46,670 nt of DNA, from positions 1 through 46,670 of the forward strand of contig DAIQNQ010000004.1 of the NCBI GenBank assembly GCA_036788275.1. Reading direction: 5' to 3'. Made by a program: the position numbers and the translations under genes. This stretch comes from Thermonemataceae bacterium. GTDB taxonomy: Bacteria; Bacteroidota; Bacteroidia; Cytophagales; Thermonemataceae. Below the pieces are notes generated by a model that was not told the origin of the DNA, did not search any database, and saw nothing but the letters and a program-made list of their open reading frames with translations. Shown in pieces: positions 7,457 through 17,400 of this stretch; the stretch's first letter is position 1; each line of letters begins with the position of its first letter.

Positions 7457-8803
7457 TCAGGACTTGTCGCGCTCAAACAAAAGCCGCTGCCCACTCTGCC
7501 CCTCGTGGAACAGGCCATTGCGGTAAGCCCAATGCCCTGATACAATGGTGTGGCGTACGGTAGCTCCAAAACGTTGCCCTTCCAGTGGCGACCAGCCGCA
7601 CTTGTAGAGCAGATTTTCTTTGCGTACTTCTTGGGGCGCTTGCAAATCTACCAACACCAAATCTGCCCAATAGCCCTCTCTCAAAAAACCTCTTTTTTGA
7701 ATCTGAAAGCATACAGCCGGTGCGTGGCTCATTTTTTCAACTACTTTCTCCAAGCTGATACGCCCTTGGGCAACGGCCTCCAGCATCATCACAAGCGCAT
7801 GCTGCACCAAAGGCAAGCCCGCGTGGCTTTGCCAATAGCCGTGCGACTTCTCTTCCCAAGTATGTGGGGCGTGGTCGGTGGCAATGATGTCGAAGTGGTC
7901 GTCTAAGAGGGCTTCCCAAAGTTTGGGGCGATGGCGTGGTGCTTTGATGGCCGGATTACACTTGATTTGCGAACCCAAGCGTGCGTAGTCGTCGGCGGTA
8001 AACCACAAATGATGCACACACACCTCCGCTGTGATGCGTTTTTGGGCAAGAGGAATTGTATTGTCAAACAGAGCAATTTCCTCCTCGGTAGATATATGCA
8101 AGATGTGCAGGCGAGTGTTGTGCTTCTTGGCCAAATCTCTGGCAAAAGAAGAGGAGCGCCAGCAAGCCTCCTCATTGCGCACCAAGGGGTGTATCGAGGC
8201 TGGGGCATCTTCGCCATACTGCTCGCGGTAGCGGGCGATACTTTCTCGCACGGTAGCTTCATCTTCACAGTGTGTAGCGATGAGCAAATTGCTCCGGCTG
8301 AAAACGGCCTCCAAGGTATTGGGTGCATCTACCAGCATATTACCCGTAGAACTGCCCATAAATATCTTCAGGCCGCATACACGTTGCGCATTGGTTTTGA
8401 GTACCTCTTCCAGATTGTCGTTGGATACCCCCATAAAAAAAGAGTAATTGGCCAAGGAGCTGCGAGCAGCAATTTGGTACTTCTCTTCCAGCAGCTCTTG
8501 TGTAAGGGTGTTGGGTACAGTATTAGGCATTTCCATAAAGCTGGTAGTACCTCCGGCCACTGCTGCCCGCGATTCGGTGTAGATATTCGCTTTGTGGCTA
8601 AGCCCCGGCTCACGAAAGTGTACTTGGTCATCTATCACGCCCGGCAGCAAGTGCAGTCCCTCGGCATTTATCACCTCATCGGCAAGCAAATGGCTCAGAT
8701 TCCTTTCTATTTTTTCAATGATGCCATCACGCACAAAGATATCTGTAGGAAACTGTTTGCCTTCGTTTACAGCCATTGCATTGAGAATGAGAAGTGTAGC
8801 CAT
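7457..8803 (-). CDS. pyrC: Dihydroorotase (long, multifunctional-complex type)
   Basis: LPGVIDDQVHFREPG and IIATDHAPH metal-binding motifs. 448 aa. Confidence 0.9.
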   Translation of the reverse strand: MATLLILNAMAVNEGKQFPTDIFVRDGIIEKIERNLSHLLADEVINAEGLHLLPGVIDDQVHFREPGLSHKANIYTESRAAVAGGTTSFMEMPNTVPNTLTQELLEEKYQIAARSSLANYSFFMGVSNDNLEEVLKTNAQRVCGLKIFMGSSTGNMLVDAPNTLEAVFSRSNLLIATHCEDEATVRESIARYREQYGEDAPASIHPLVRNEEACWRSSSFARDLAKKHNTRLHILHISTEEEIALFDNTIPLAQKRITAEVCVHHLWFTADDYARLGSQIKCNPAIKAPRHRPKLWEALLDDHFDIIATDHAPHTWEEKSHGYWQSHAGLPLVQHALVMMLEAVAQGRISLEKVVEKMSHAPAVCFQIQKRGFLREGYWADLVLVDLQAPQEVRKENLLYKCGWSPLEGQRFGATVRHTIVSGHWAYRNGLFHEGQSGQRLLFERDKS

Positions 8804-8832
8804 CGTTCATTTGAGGGGGATTGGTTCTAAAA

Positions 8833-8840
8833 CAAAAGTA
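8833..8840 (-). promoter_or_regulatory. Bacteroidota -7 promoter box TACTTTTG for pyrC
   Basis: Matches TAnnTTTG on the minus strand, 30 nt upstream of ATG 8803. Confidence 0.4.
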
Positions 8841-8862
8841 GTGAAAAATCTACTCTCCTTCG

Positions 8863-8870
8863 TATCTTTG
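8863..8870 (+). promoter_or_regulatory. Bacteroidota -7 promoter box TATCTTTG, divergent from the pyrC box; candidate distal ftsZ promoter
   Basis: Exact TAnnTTTG on the plus strand, 22 bp from the pyrC box and about 300 nt upstream of the ftsZ ATG. No credible plus-strand ORF lies in between. Confidence 0.3.
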
Positions 8871-9178
8871 CGCTGCAAAAAGAATTTGAAGCAAGCTCTT
8901 GGCAGATACAAGGCTTTTGTTAAATTTGTGTGAGGCTTTCTTCAAGTCTGCTTTATCAAGGCCACACATTTGCCCTAAAAACGTAACATCAAGTCTTTGC
9001 CCTGCGTAAGGGAAGGAAGTCAGTAGCTTGTATAATTTTTTTGGAACAAACATTTGCTTTACAGCCTTTAAATTACGATTTTGAGGCAAAAGATTTTGTA
9101 ATGTAAGTTTTATTCTACATTTTTACAGAAAAAAGGGTGCTCAATGTATAAATTCCTTAGCGAAAGAACGAAAAACTT

Positions 9179-10690
9179 ATGTCATATAGATTTGTACCTA
9201 CAACGCAATTGAAGTCTATCATCAAGGTAATTGGGGTAGGCGGTGGTGGCAATAATGCCGTAAACCACATGTACAACAGAGGTATCAAAGATGTAGAATT
9301 TATCGTATGCAACACCGATGCCCAAGCCCTCAGCGGTAGCCCTGTGCCCGTAAAGCTGCAAATCGGTGCTGACCTCACCGAAGGACTTGGAGCGGGTGCG
9401 AACCCCGAAAAGGGCAGAGAGGCCGCCATCGAAAGCAAAGAGCAAATACGCGAAATGCTCAGCACCAATACCAAAATGGTGTTTATTACGGCAGGTATGG
9501 GCGGCGGTACCGGTACGGGTGCTGCGCCGGTTATTGCCCAAATTGCCCGCGATTTGGGGGTGCTTACCGTGGGCATCGTTACAGCCCCTTTTTTCTTTGA
9601 AGGAAAAAGAAAGATTGAACAAGCTTTCAAGGGTATTGAAGAGCTGCGCAAATACTGCGATACCGTATTGGTGATTTCCAATGACAAGCTCCGCGAAATC
9701 TATGGCAACATGACCATGTCGCAGGCTTATGCCCAAGCTGATAATATCTTGGCTACTGCCGCCAAAAGCATCGCCGAGCTGATTACCGTACAGGCTTATG
9801 TAAATGTGGATTTTGAAGATGTGAGAACGGTGATGAGCAACTCCGGCTCGGCGGTGATGGGTTCTGCCAAAGCCGAAGGCGAAGACCGTGCCCTCAAAGC
9901 TGTGGAAGAGGCCTTGGCTTCGCCCTTGCTCAATAACCGCGATATTAAAGGTGCTAAAAAGATTTTGCTCTCCGTGATGTCGGGCGATAAAGCCGAACTG
10001 CAAATGGATGAGTTTGGAGAAATCACCGAGTATGTGCGCTCCAGAGCAGGCGACGATGCCGACTTTATCTATGGCAACGGCATAGACCCCAGCTTGGGCG
10101 AAGCGGTACGCGTAACGGTAATTGCTACCGGATTTTCTACGGCTGAAAATGTCCCTTTTTCAGAAAAAAAAATAGTATATGATACCGAAGGCAATGTCTT
10201 GGAAACAAGAAAACAAGAAACCCAAGAGAGCAGCAAGGAAGTCAATCGTGAGATACTGCTTGAAAGCAAGCCGATTCTGAATGTGTCCAAAACGATTACC
10301 GGGGAAAACAAAGAGCCCCAAAAAGAAGAGGTGAAGAAAGTGTATTTTCATCTTGAAGAAGCACCCGAAGAAAAAACGCCGGTAGTTACGCCCCAAAAAG
10401 AAGAAGAAGCGGAGGAAGAGAAGCCTCTTTCTGAGCTTGAACTCAAAAAGCTGAAACTCCAGCAGCAAGCCGAAGACCGCAAGAAAGCCCTCAAGCAAAT
10501 CAGCACTTCTTATGGCGAAAGCGGCAAAGATGATATCAAAGAGAAAACCGAAGTGCCGGCCTACCTGCGCAAAAATATTGAGCTGAAAGATGTGCCGCAT
10601 TCTTCTGAGAAAAAAGTATCACGCTACAACCTCAGCGACGAAAACCAGATTTTGGGCAATAATAAGTTCTTTCACGACAAGCCCGACTAA
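9179..10690 (+). CDS. ftsZ: Cell division protein FtsZ
   Basis: Contains GVGGGGNNAVNHM, NTDAQAL and GGGTGTGAAPVIA. An E/K-rich linker follows, then the C-terminal peptide VPAYLRKN and a 37-aa extension. Confidence 0.97.
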   Translation: MSYRFVPTTQLKSIIKVIGVGGGGNNAVNHMYNRGIKDVEFIVCNTDAQALSGSPVPVKLQIGADLTEGLGAGANPEKGREAAIESKEQIREMLSTNTKMVFITAGMGGGTGTGAAPVIAQIARDLGVLTVGIVTAPFFFEGKRKIEQAFKGIEELRKYCDTVLVISNDKLREIYGNMTMSQAYAQADNILATAAKSIAELITVQAYVNVDFEDVRTVMSNSGSAVMGSAKAEGEDRALKAVEEALASPLLNNRDIKGAKKILLSVMSGDKAELQMDEFGEITEYVRSRAGDDADFIYGNGIDPSLGEAVRVTVIATGFSTAENVPFSEKKIVYDTEGNVLETRKQETQESSKEVNREILLESKPILNVSKTITGENKEPQKEEVKKVYFHLEEAPEEKTPVVTPQKEEEAEEEKPLSELELKKLKLQQQAEDRKKALKQISTSYGESGKDDIKEKTEVPAYLRKNIELKDVPHSSEKKVSRYNLSDENQILGNNKFFHDKPD

Positions 10691-10713
10691 GCTTTTACGA
10701 TGCCTTGCCACTG

Positions 10714-10746
10714 CTCTTGCCTCAAGTTAAATACTTGGGGCAAGAG
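10714..10746 (+). terminator. Terminator-like hairpin after ftsZ
   Basis: 14-bp stem CTCTTGCCTCAAGT / ACTTGGGGCAAGAG with one G-U pair and a 5-nt loop, followed by ACTTTT. Confidence 0.5.
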
Positions 10747-10820
10747 ACTTTTCCAGAAAAAAGCTTACCTTACCACCCATTTTTTTATTAAACCTAAAGT
10801 TTTATCACCTAACAGCTCTT

Positions 10821-11420
10821 ATGTTTGCATACATCAGTGGCAAATTGGCCCAGCTCGAAGCAACACAAGCGATTATTGATGTAGGAGGAGTGGGCTATCA
10901 AATCAGAATCTCTCTTCATACCTTTGCTTTGTTACAGCAAGCCTCCCAAGGCCTTGTAAAACTATTCACCTATCTACAAATACAAGAAAATGCGCACAAC
11001 CTCTTCGGCTTTGCAGAAAGCTCGGAACGCAAGCTTTTTTTGGAATTGATTTCTGTATCGGGTATCGGTGCAGGTACCGCCATGGTGATGCTCTCTTCCT
11101 TGTCGCCGCTCGAAATCCAGCAAGCCATCGCCCAAGAAGAGGTCAAGACGATTCAATCTATCAAAGGAATAGGCCAAAAAACTGCACAAAGAGTGATATT
11201 AGAACTTTCCGACAAAATGCGTAAAGAGCTTGCCCTTACAGGAAGTAGCACAGGGCAAGTGCCTCATTACCGCGGCGTGCGCGAAGAAGCGCTCCTCGCC
11301 CTCACCACCCTCGGCCTGCCCAAGGCAAGTGCCGAAAAAAACATCGAAATCATCCTCAAGCAGCAACAAGGCGAAGCCCTCAGCTTGGAGGAGCTTATCA
11401 AACAAGCGCTCAAAATGTAG
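10821..11420 (+). CDS. ruvA: Holliday junction branch migration complex subunit RuvA
   Basis: MFAYISGKL...VGGVGYQI N-terminal OB domain, helix-hairpin-helix GIGAGTA and GIGQKTAQRVILEL. 199 aa. Confidence 0.95.
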   Translation: MFAYISGKLAQLEATQAIIDVGGVGYQIRISLHTFALLQQASQGLVKLFTYLQIQENAHNLFGFAESSERKLFLELISVSGIGAGTAMVMLSSLSPLEIQQAIAQEEVKTIQSIKGIGQKTAQRVILELSDKMRKELALTGSSTGQVPHYRGVREEALLALTTLGLPKASAEKNIEIILKQQQGEALSLEELIKQALKM

Positions 11421-11461
11421 TGCTGCGTTCCCTTTGTACCACTTCCTAATGTGTGTAAACA

Positions 11462-14400
11462 TTGTTCCAAACCAACCTCCATACACTTCTCTTTGGTAGC
11501 CTGCTCTTGTCTCTTGGGGCTTGGTTTTTGGCCGATAAACCCCACATTACCTACCATTATCAGCACTATCTGCGCGATACCGGCGACGAAGACTCCCTGC
11601 GCAAACTCAAGTACCGCCCCAATCGCTTCTCTACCTACAATTTTGGCGACCGCTACGGCAATCCCTTCAGTACCAAACCCACCAAGTCGGCACTCAAGAT
11701 TGCGCCAAGCAACCTGAAAAAAGAAATTAGGGTGGACTCCAGCCTACAAAATTACACCATCGAAGAGAAAATTGGCGACTTCGACTACCGCCCACCCAGC
11801 CTGATGAGCTATGAGGAGCTGAACAACTATCGTCAAAGGCAGATTATCCGCGACTATTGGCGCAATGCCGGCGCTGGCGTAGGCGAAGAAACCAGCACCT
11901 CTGCCGCCAAAGGGATAGTGCCCCGTATTCCCGTCAATAACCGCCTCTTTGGGCTTATCTTTGGGGGCGACTATGTGGAGTTCAAGCCCACCGGATTCGT
12001 AAACTTAGACCTTGCCTACCGCCGCCAAAACGTAGCCAATCCGGCCATTCCGGCAGCGCGCCAGCGCAATGGGGTTTTCGACTTCGACCCCCACGCCAAC
12101 ATCAACTTGGTAGGGCAAGTAGGCGATAAGCTGCGTATCACCACCGCCTTCGATACCAAAGCCAGCTTCGACTTCGAGAACAACTTTCGGGTAGAATACA
12201 CCGGATATCCTGAAGAGATTATCCAAAAAATAGAGTTCGGAAATATCAATTTCCCGCTGCCCACCTCGCTCATTACAGGCAGTCAAAACCTCTTTGGGGC
12301 ACGTACGGAGCTGAAATTTGGCAAACTTCGTGTAAACTCTGTATTCTCGCAGCAAAGAGCCTCGCGCGACCAAGTAGTGATACAAGGCGGCGGCGCACAG
12401 CTTCGTAAATTCGAGGTCCGCGCTACCGACTACGAAGAAAACAAGCACTTTTTCCTCTCCCAATTTCACCGCAACGCCTACGAGCCTGCCCTGCGTACGC
12501 TGCCAGTAGTAAACTCAGGCGTTTTCGTTACAAGGGTAGAAGTATATGTAACCAATCGCACCAACAACACCCAAACCCTGCGCAATGTAGTAGGTTTTAT
12601 GGATTTGGGAGAAGCCCAACCCCACAAGCCTGCCAATCCTTTTGTAGGTACGGGTGCGCCCAATGCTCCCGCCTCTAACCAAGCCAATGCCCTCTTTGGC
12701 AACCTCCGCGACAATGCTCCTTTTCGCAATGCTGAAACCGTGAGCAATGCGGCCATCGCCCAAAACCTGCGCCGTGGCGAAGATTTTGAAGTACTCCGAG
12801 GCGCACGCCGCTTGGAGCCGAATGAATATGTATTTCATCAGCAGCTTGGCTATATTTCGCTTAATACTGCCCTCCGCAACGACGAAATTCTGGCCGTAGC
12901 TTACGAATATACCCTCAATGGGCAGGTCTTTCGGGTAGGAGAGCTTTCCGACGACTACCTCAATCGCCCTCAAGAAGAAGTGGTATTCTTGAAAATGCTC
13001 CGCCCTTCTACTATCCGTACCGACTTGCCGATGTGGAATTTGATGATGAAAAATATCTATCCACTCGGTGCCACACAGGTAACACAAAGCAACTTTCAGC
13101 TCCGCATCGTGTATCGTGATGATATTACGGGTGTGGACAACCCCGCCCTGCAAGAAGGAGCCAATACACGCAATATCCAGCTCTTGCGTATTTTTGGTTT
13201 AGACCAGCTCAACCCTCGCGGCGACCGACAGATAGACAGTCAAGGGCGCTCCATCGGCGATGGCAATTTCGATTTTGTAGAAGGTCTTACCATCAATACG
13301 GCTAATGGCCGTGTGATATTTCCGGTTTTAGAGCCTTTTGGCAGCTTTTTGCGCACGCAATTTAATCCAAATACAGAGCAAGCACTCATCAATAAATATG
13401 TGTTTCAGGAGCTTTATACCGGTACGCGCAATGATGCTCAAAATAACTTTGCCAACAAAAATAAATTCTTTGTAAAAGGGCAATTAGAAGGAGCTTCCGG
13501 CAATTCGGCCTTCTTGCCCGGCATCAATGTACCCGAAGGCTCTGTAATCGTGCGCGCCGGAGGCATACAGCTTACCGAAGGACAAGACTATGTGGTGAAT
13601 TACAGTACGGGGCAAGTAAACATTACCAATGAAGCTATCTTGGCTTCGGGCAAGGAGATTACCATTGACTACGAAAAAGCAGATTTCTTCAATGTACAGC
13701 CGCGCACCTTTTTGGGTACACGCTTCGACTATGCCGTGGACAAAGACATCAATATCGGTGCTACTTGGATGACCCTCCGCGAGCGCCCCGTACTCACCCG
13801 CGTAAACATCGGCTCAGAGGCACTCAACAACACCATGCTGGGTGTGGACGTTGCCCTCAAAAAGGATTCGCGCTTTCTGACCCGTATGGTAGATGCGATT
13901 CCCTTTATCCAAACCAAAGAAAAGTCCACTATCACCTTCAATGCCGAAGCCGCCCAGCTCATTCCTGATGCTGCCGCACTCAGTGGGGCGGTGTCTTTTA
14001 TTGATGACTTTGAGGGCGCACGCACCCCTTTCGACCTTACCCGTACCGCCAACCTGCGCTGGAAGCTGGGTTCTACACCGCCTCTCATTAGCGAGTTCAA
14101 TCCGGGCAACCCGCTGGACTTCAACTACCGAAGGGCGCTGCTGGCTTGGTACAATGTGGACAATACTTTTTACAGAACTGGTGTCAATGGTCGCCCCAAC
14201 AATATCAACGAAAACGACTTGCGCAATCACTACATGCGCCCGGTGATTCCACAAGAGATTTTCAGAAACCGCCAGTTCGACAATATCGCTACCAACGAAA
14301 CCACCTTCGACTTGGCCTTCTTTCCTGAAGAACGCGGCCCTTACAACTACAATCCCAACCTGCTGCCTGATGGCCGCTTGCCCAACCCACAGGCCAACTT

Positions 14401-17400
14401 TGGCGCCATTACCAGAGCTATTACTACGGAGGTGGATTTTGACAATGCCAACATCGAATTCTTGGAGTTTTGGATGCTCGACCCCTTCATCGAAGGCGAG
14501 CGCGGAAGGGTGATTGTAGATGGTGAAAATGGCGTAAACAATACCACCGGAGGAGATTTGTACTTCCAGTTGGGCAGTGTTTCGGAAGACATTATGCGTG
14601 ATAGCCGCCACTTCTTTGAAAACGGCCTGCCTATCAGTCCCGAAGGCCAAAGCGACCAAACCGCTTGGGGCAATGTGCCTCGGCAGCAATATATCAACAA
14701 TGCCTTCGACAACAGCCCGGGCGCACGACCTCTGCAAGATGTGGGCTTAGACGGCCTCAACGATGCTGACGAAACTTCCTTCTTTGCCGACTATATCAAC
14801 AGTGTAACGCCCGCAGCCCGCGAAAGCATCCTTAATGACCCCTCTGCCGATAATTTTCAGTTTTATTTTGGGGCTGATTTGGATGCACGTAATGCCAAAA
14901 TCATTGAGAGATACAAGTATTACAACAATACCCAAAATAACTCTCCCGAAAACACCGGAGGCGCTTTTACCCCCTCAGGTACCAACCTGCCCGACAATGA
15001 AGACCTCAACGGCGACAATACCCTCAACGAACTCGAAGAGTATTACCAATACCGTATATCGCTGCGCAGACAAGACTTGGTGGTGGGGCGCAACTATATT
15101 GTGGACAAAGTACAAGTTACCGACAATAATATCACTCAAGGTGATGATGTAAATTGGTACCTCTTCCGTATTCCGATTCGCCAATTCGACAGTAAAGTAG
15201 GCAATATTGATGGCTTTAAGTCTATTCGTTTTGCACGTATGGTAATGACCAACTTTCAGCAGCCTGTGGTGGCACGATTGGCGCAGTTTCAGTTTGTGTC
15301 GAGCCAATGGCGAAGATTTTTGGGCAATTTGAGCAGCAGCAACTTCCAGCTCCCCACCGAACCCAACGACCCCGGCTTTACGGTATCGGTAGTAAACTTA
15401 GAAGAAAACTCAGCCATTACCAGCGATGGGGCGATTCCCTACGATTTGCCTCCGGGCGTAGTGCGCGACCGCGATATTGCCAGTATCAACAACCGAGAGC
15501 TGAACGAACAGGCCATACAAGTATGTGTAGAAGGCCTGCAAGACAAAGATGCCCGTGCCATTTTCAAAAATACCAACCTGAACCTCCGCTTCTACAAAAG
15601 GCTGCGCATGTTTGTACACGCCAACAGCTCCGATGCCCGCGATGGCGAGATGAGTGCCATTATACGCCTTGGTACAGACTTTACGGAAAACTACTATGAG
15701 ATAGAAATTCCCCTGAACCTGACGCGCCAGCAAGATGTGGTAAATACAGGTAACCGTGATGCCCGCCGCCGCATAATATGGCCTTTGGAAAACGAATTGG
15801 ACATTGCCATTGAGGATATCATTGACACCAAAGTAGAGCGTAACCGCATCAGGGGCTTGAGCAATCTCTTTATCCCTTACAGCCGCAGCGTGGGGCAGTA
15901 CCGCGTAACGGTAGTGGGAAACCCCGACCTCAGCGCTGCATTGGTGGTGATGCTGGGGGTAAGAAATCCCAATATCCCTAATGACGATGCTTTGCCGAAG
16001 TCGGCTTGTGTGTGGTTTAATGAACTAAGGGCTACGGAATTTGACCAGACCAATGGCTACGCTGCCACTGCCCGCCTGAATGTACAGTTGGCTGATTTTG
16101 CCAATATCACCGCTACGGGAAGCATCCGTACCTTTGGCTTTGGGGGGCTCAATACCCGCATCGCCGAGCGAGAAGTAGCCACTACGAAACAGTACGAGGT
16201 ACAAGGTACTTTTGCCTTAGATAAATTTTTGCCCCAAAAGGCAGGCTTACGTGTGCCGATGTTTGTGAGCTATCAGCGCCGCAATATATCGCCGGAGTTC
16301 GACCCACTCGACCCTGACGTACGCCTCGACCGCTCTGTGGATAAGTTTGATGATGAGGGGCAGCGCGACCGCTACTTGCAGCTTGTAGAAGAAAACGAAA
16401 CCCGGCGCAGTATCAATTTTACCAATGTACGTAAGATAAAAACCTCGCAGGGGCCGAGTAGATTTTATGATATTAGCAATTTTGGCTTTAATTGGGCGTA
16501 TAGCGATATAGAACGCAGCGATATTGGTACGGCGCAGTTTCTGCAACAAAACTGGAAAACAGGCCTTACCTATACCTATACCAGCCAAGTAAAGCCTTGG
16601 GAGCCTTTTAAGAATAGTAAATCGAAGCTGCTGAACTCGCCTTGGCTGCGCCTTATCAAAGACTTCAACCTCAATTTCGTACCCACCAGTATTACCATCA
16701 GAGGCGACTTAGACCGCACCTTTACCCGTACAGAGCTGCGCTCGGGGCAGTTTGCCGGAGAGAGCTTCGAGCCTTTCTTCGAGAAATACTTCCTTTTCAA
16801 CCGTTCTTACGATTTGCAGTGGAATATCACCAAAGGGCTTTCGCTCAACTATGCCGCCACGGCCAATTCTATCATAGATGAGCCTGCCGGAGAAATCAAC
16901 ACCCAAGCCAGCCGCGATTCGGTACGTATCAACTTGCTCCGCTTAGGCAGGATGCAGAATTTCCGGCAAAATGTCAATGTAAACTACAAAGTGCCTTTTG
17001 ATAAGTTTCCGCTGACGGATTGGCTCAGTACCGATTTGGGCTACCGTGTAGATTACCAGTGGACGGCGGCTTCTTTTGGCTTGGCCGATATTTTGGGCAA
17101 TACCATCAGCAACGCTCGCGAGCAAAATCTGCGTGGACGCTTGGACTTGGTAAAGCTTTACAACAAAGTAAGCTTCTTGAAAAAGGTAAATGATGTCAAA
17201 CCCGCGCAGCCCGCTCGCCCCAATCCGCGAGATACGGCCAAAGTCAAGAAAAGCGAGCTGAAAGTACTCCAAGGAGCTGCCAGAGTGCTGATGATGGTGC
17301 GGAGCATCAACGTTACTTACAGCCTCCAAGAGGGCACGCGCTTGCCGGGCTTTGCCCCTTCGGCCAAGTATATGGGCTTCGACCAAGCCTTCAATGCGCC

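Noticed and set aside
8850-9089. 79-aa minus-strand ORF in the pyrC-ftsZ spacer
   Set aside because: It begins with TTG, and its first ATG is 13 codons in. It has no recognisable domain, and its 3-prime end overlaps the plus-strand -7 box at 8863-8870. It is kept only as a very weak possibility.
9182-10003. 273-aa ORF on the minus strand, plus further antisense ORFs at 9157-9687 and 10160-10600
   Set aside because: They are antisense to ftsZ and have no recognisable features. The ftsZ frame is certain.
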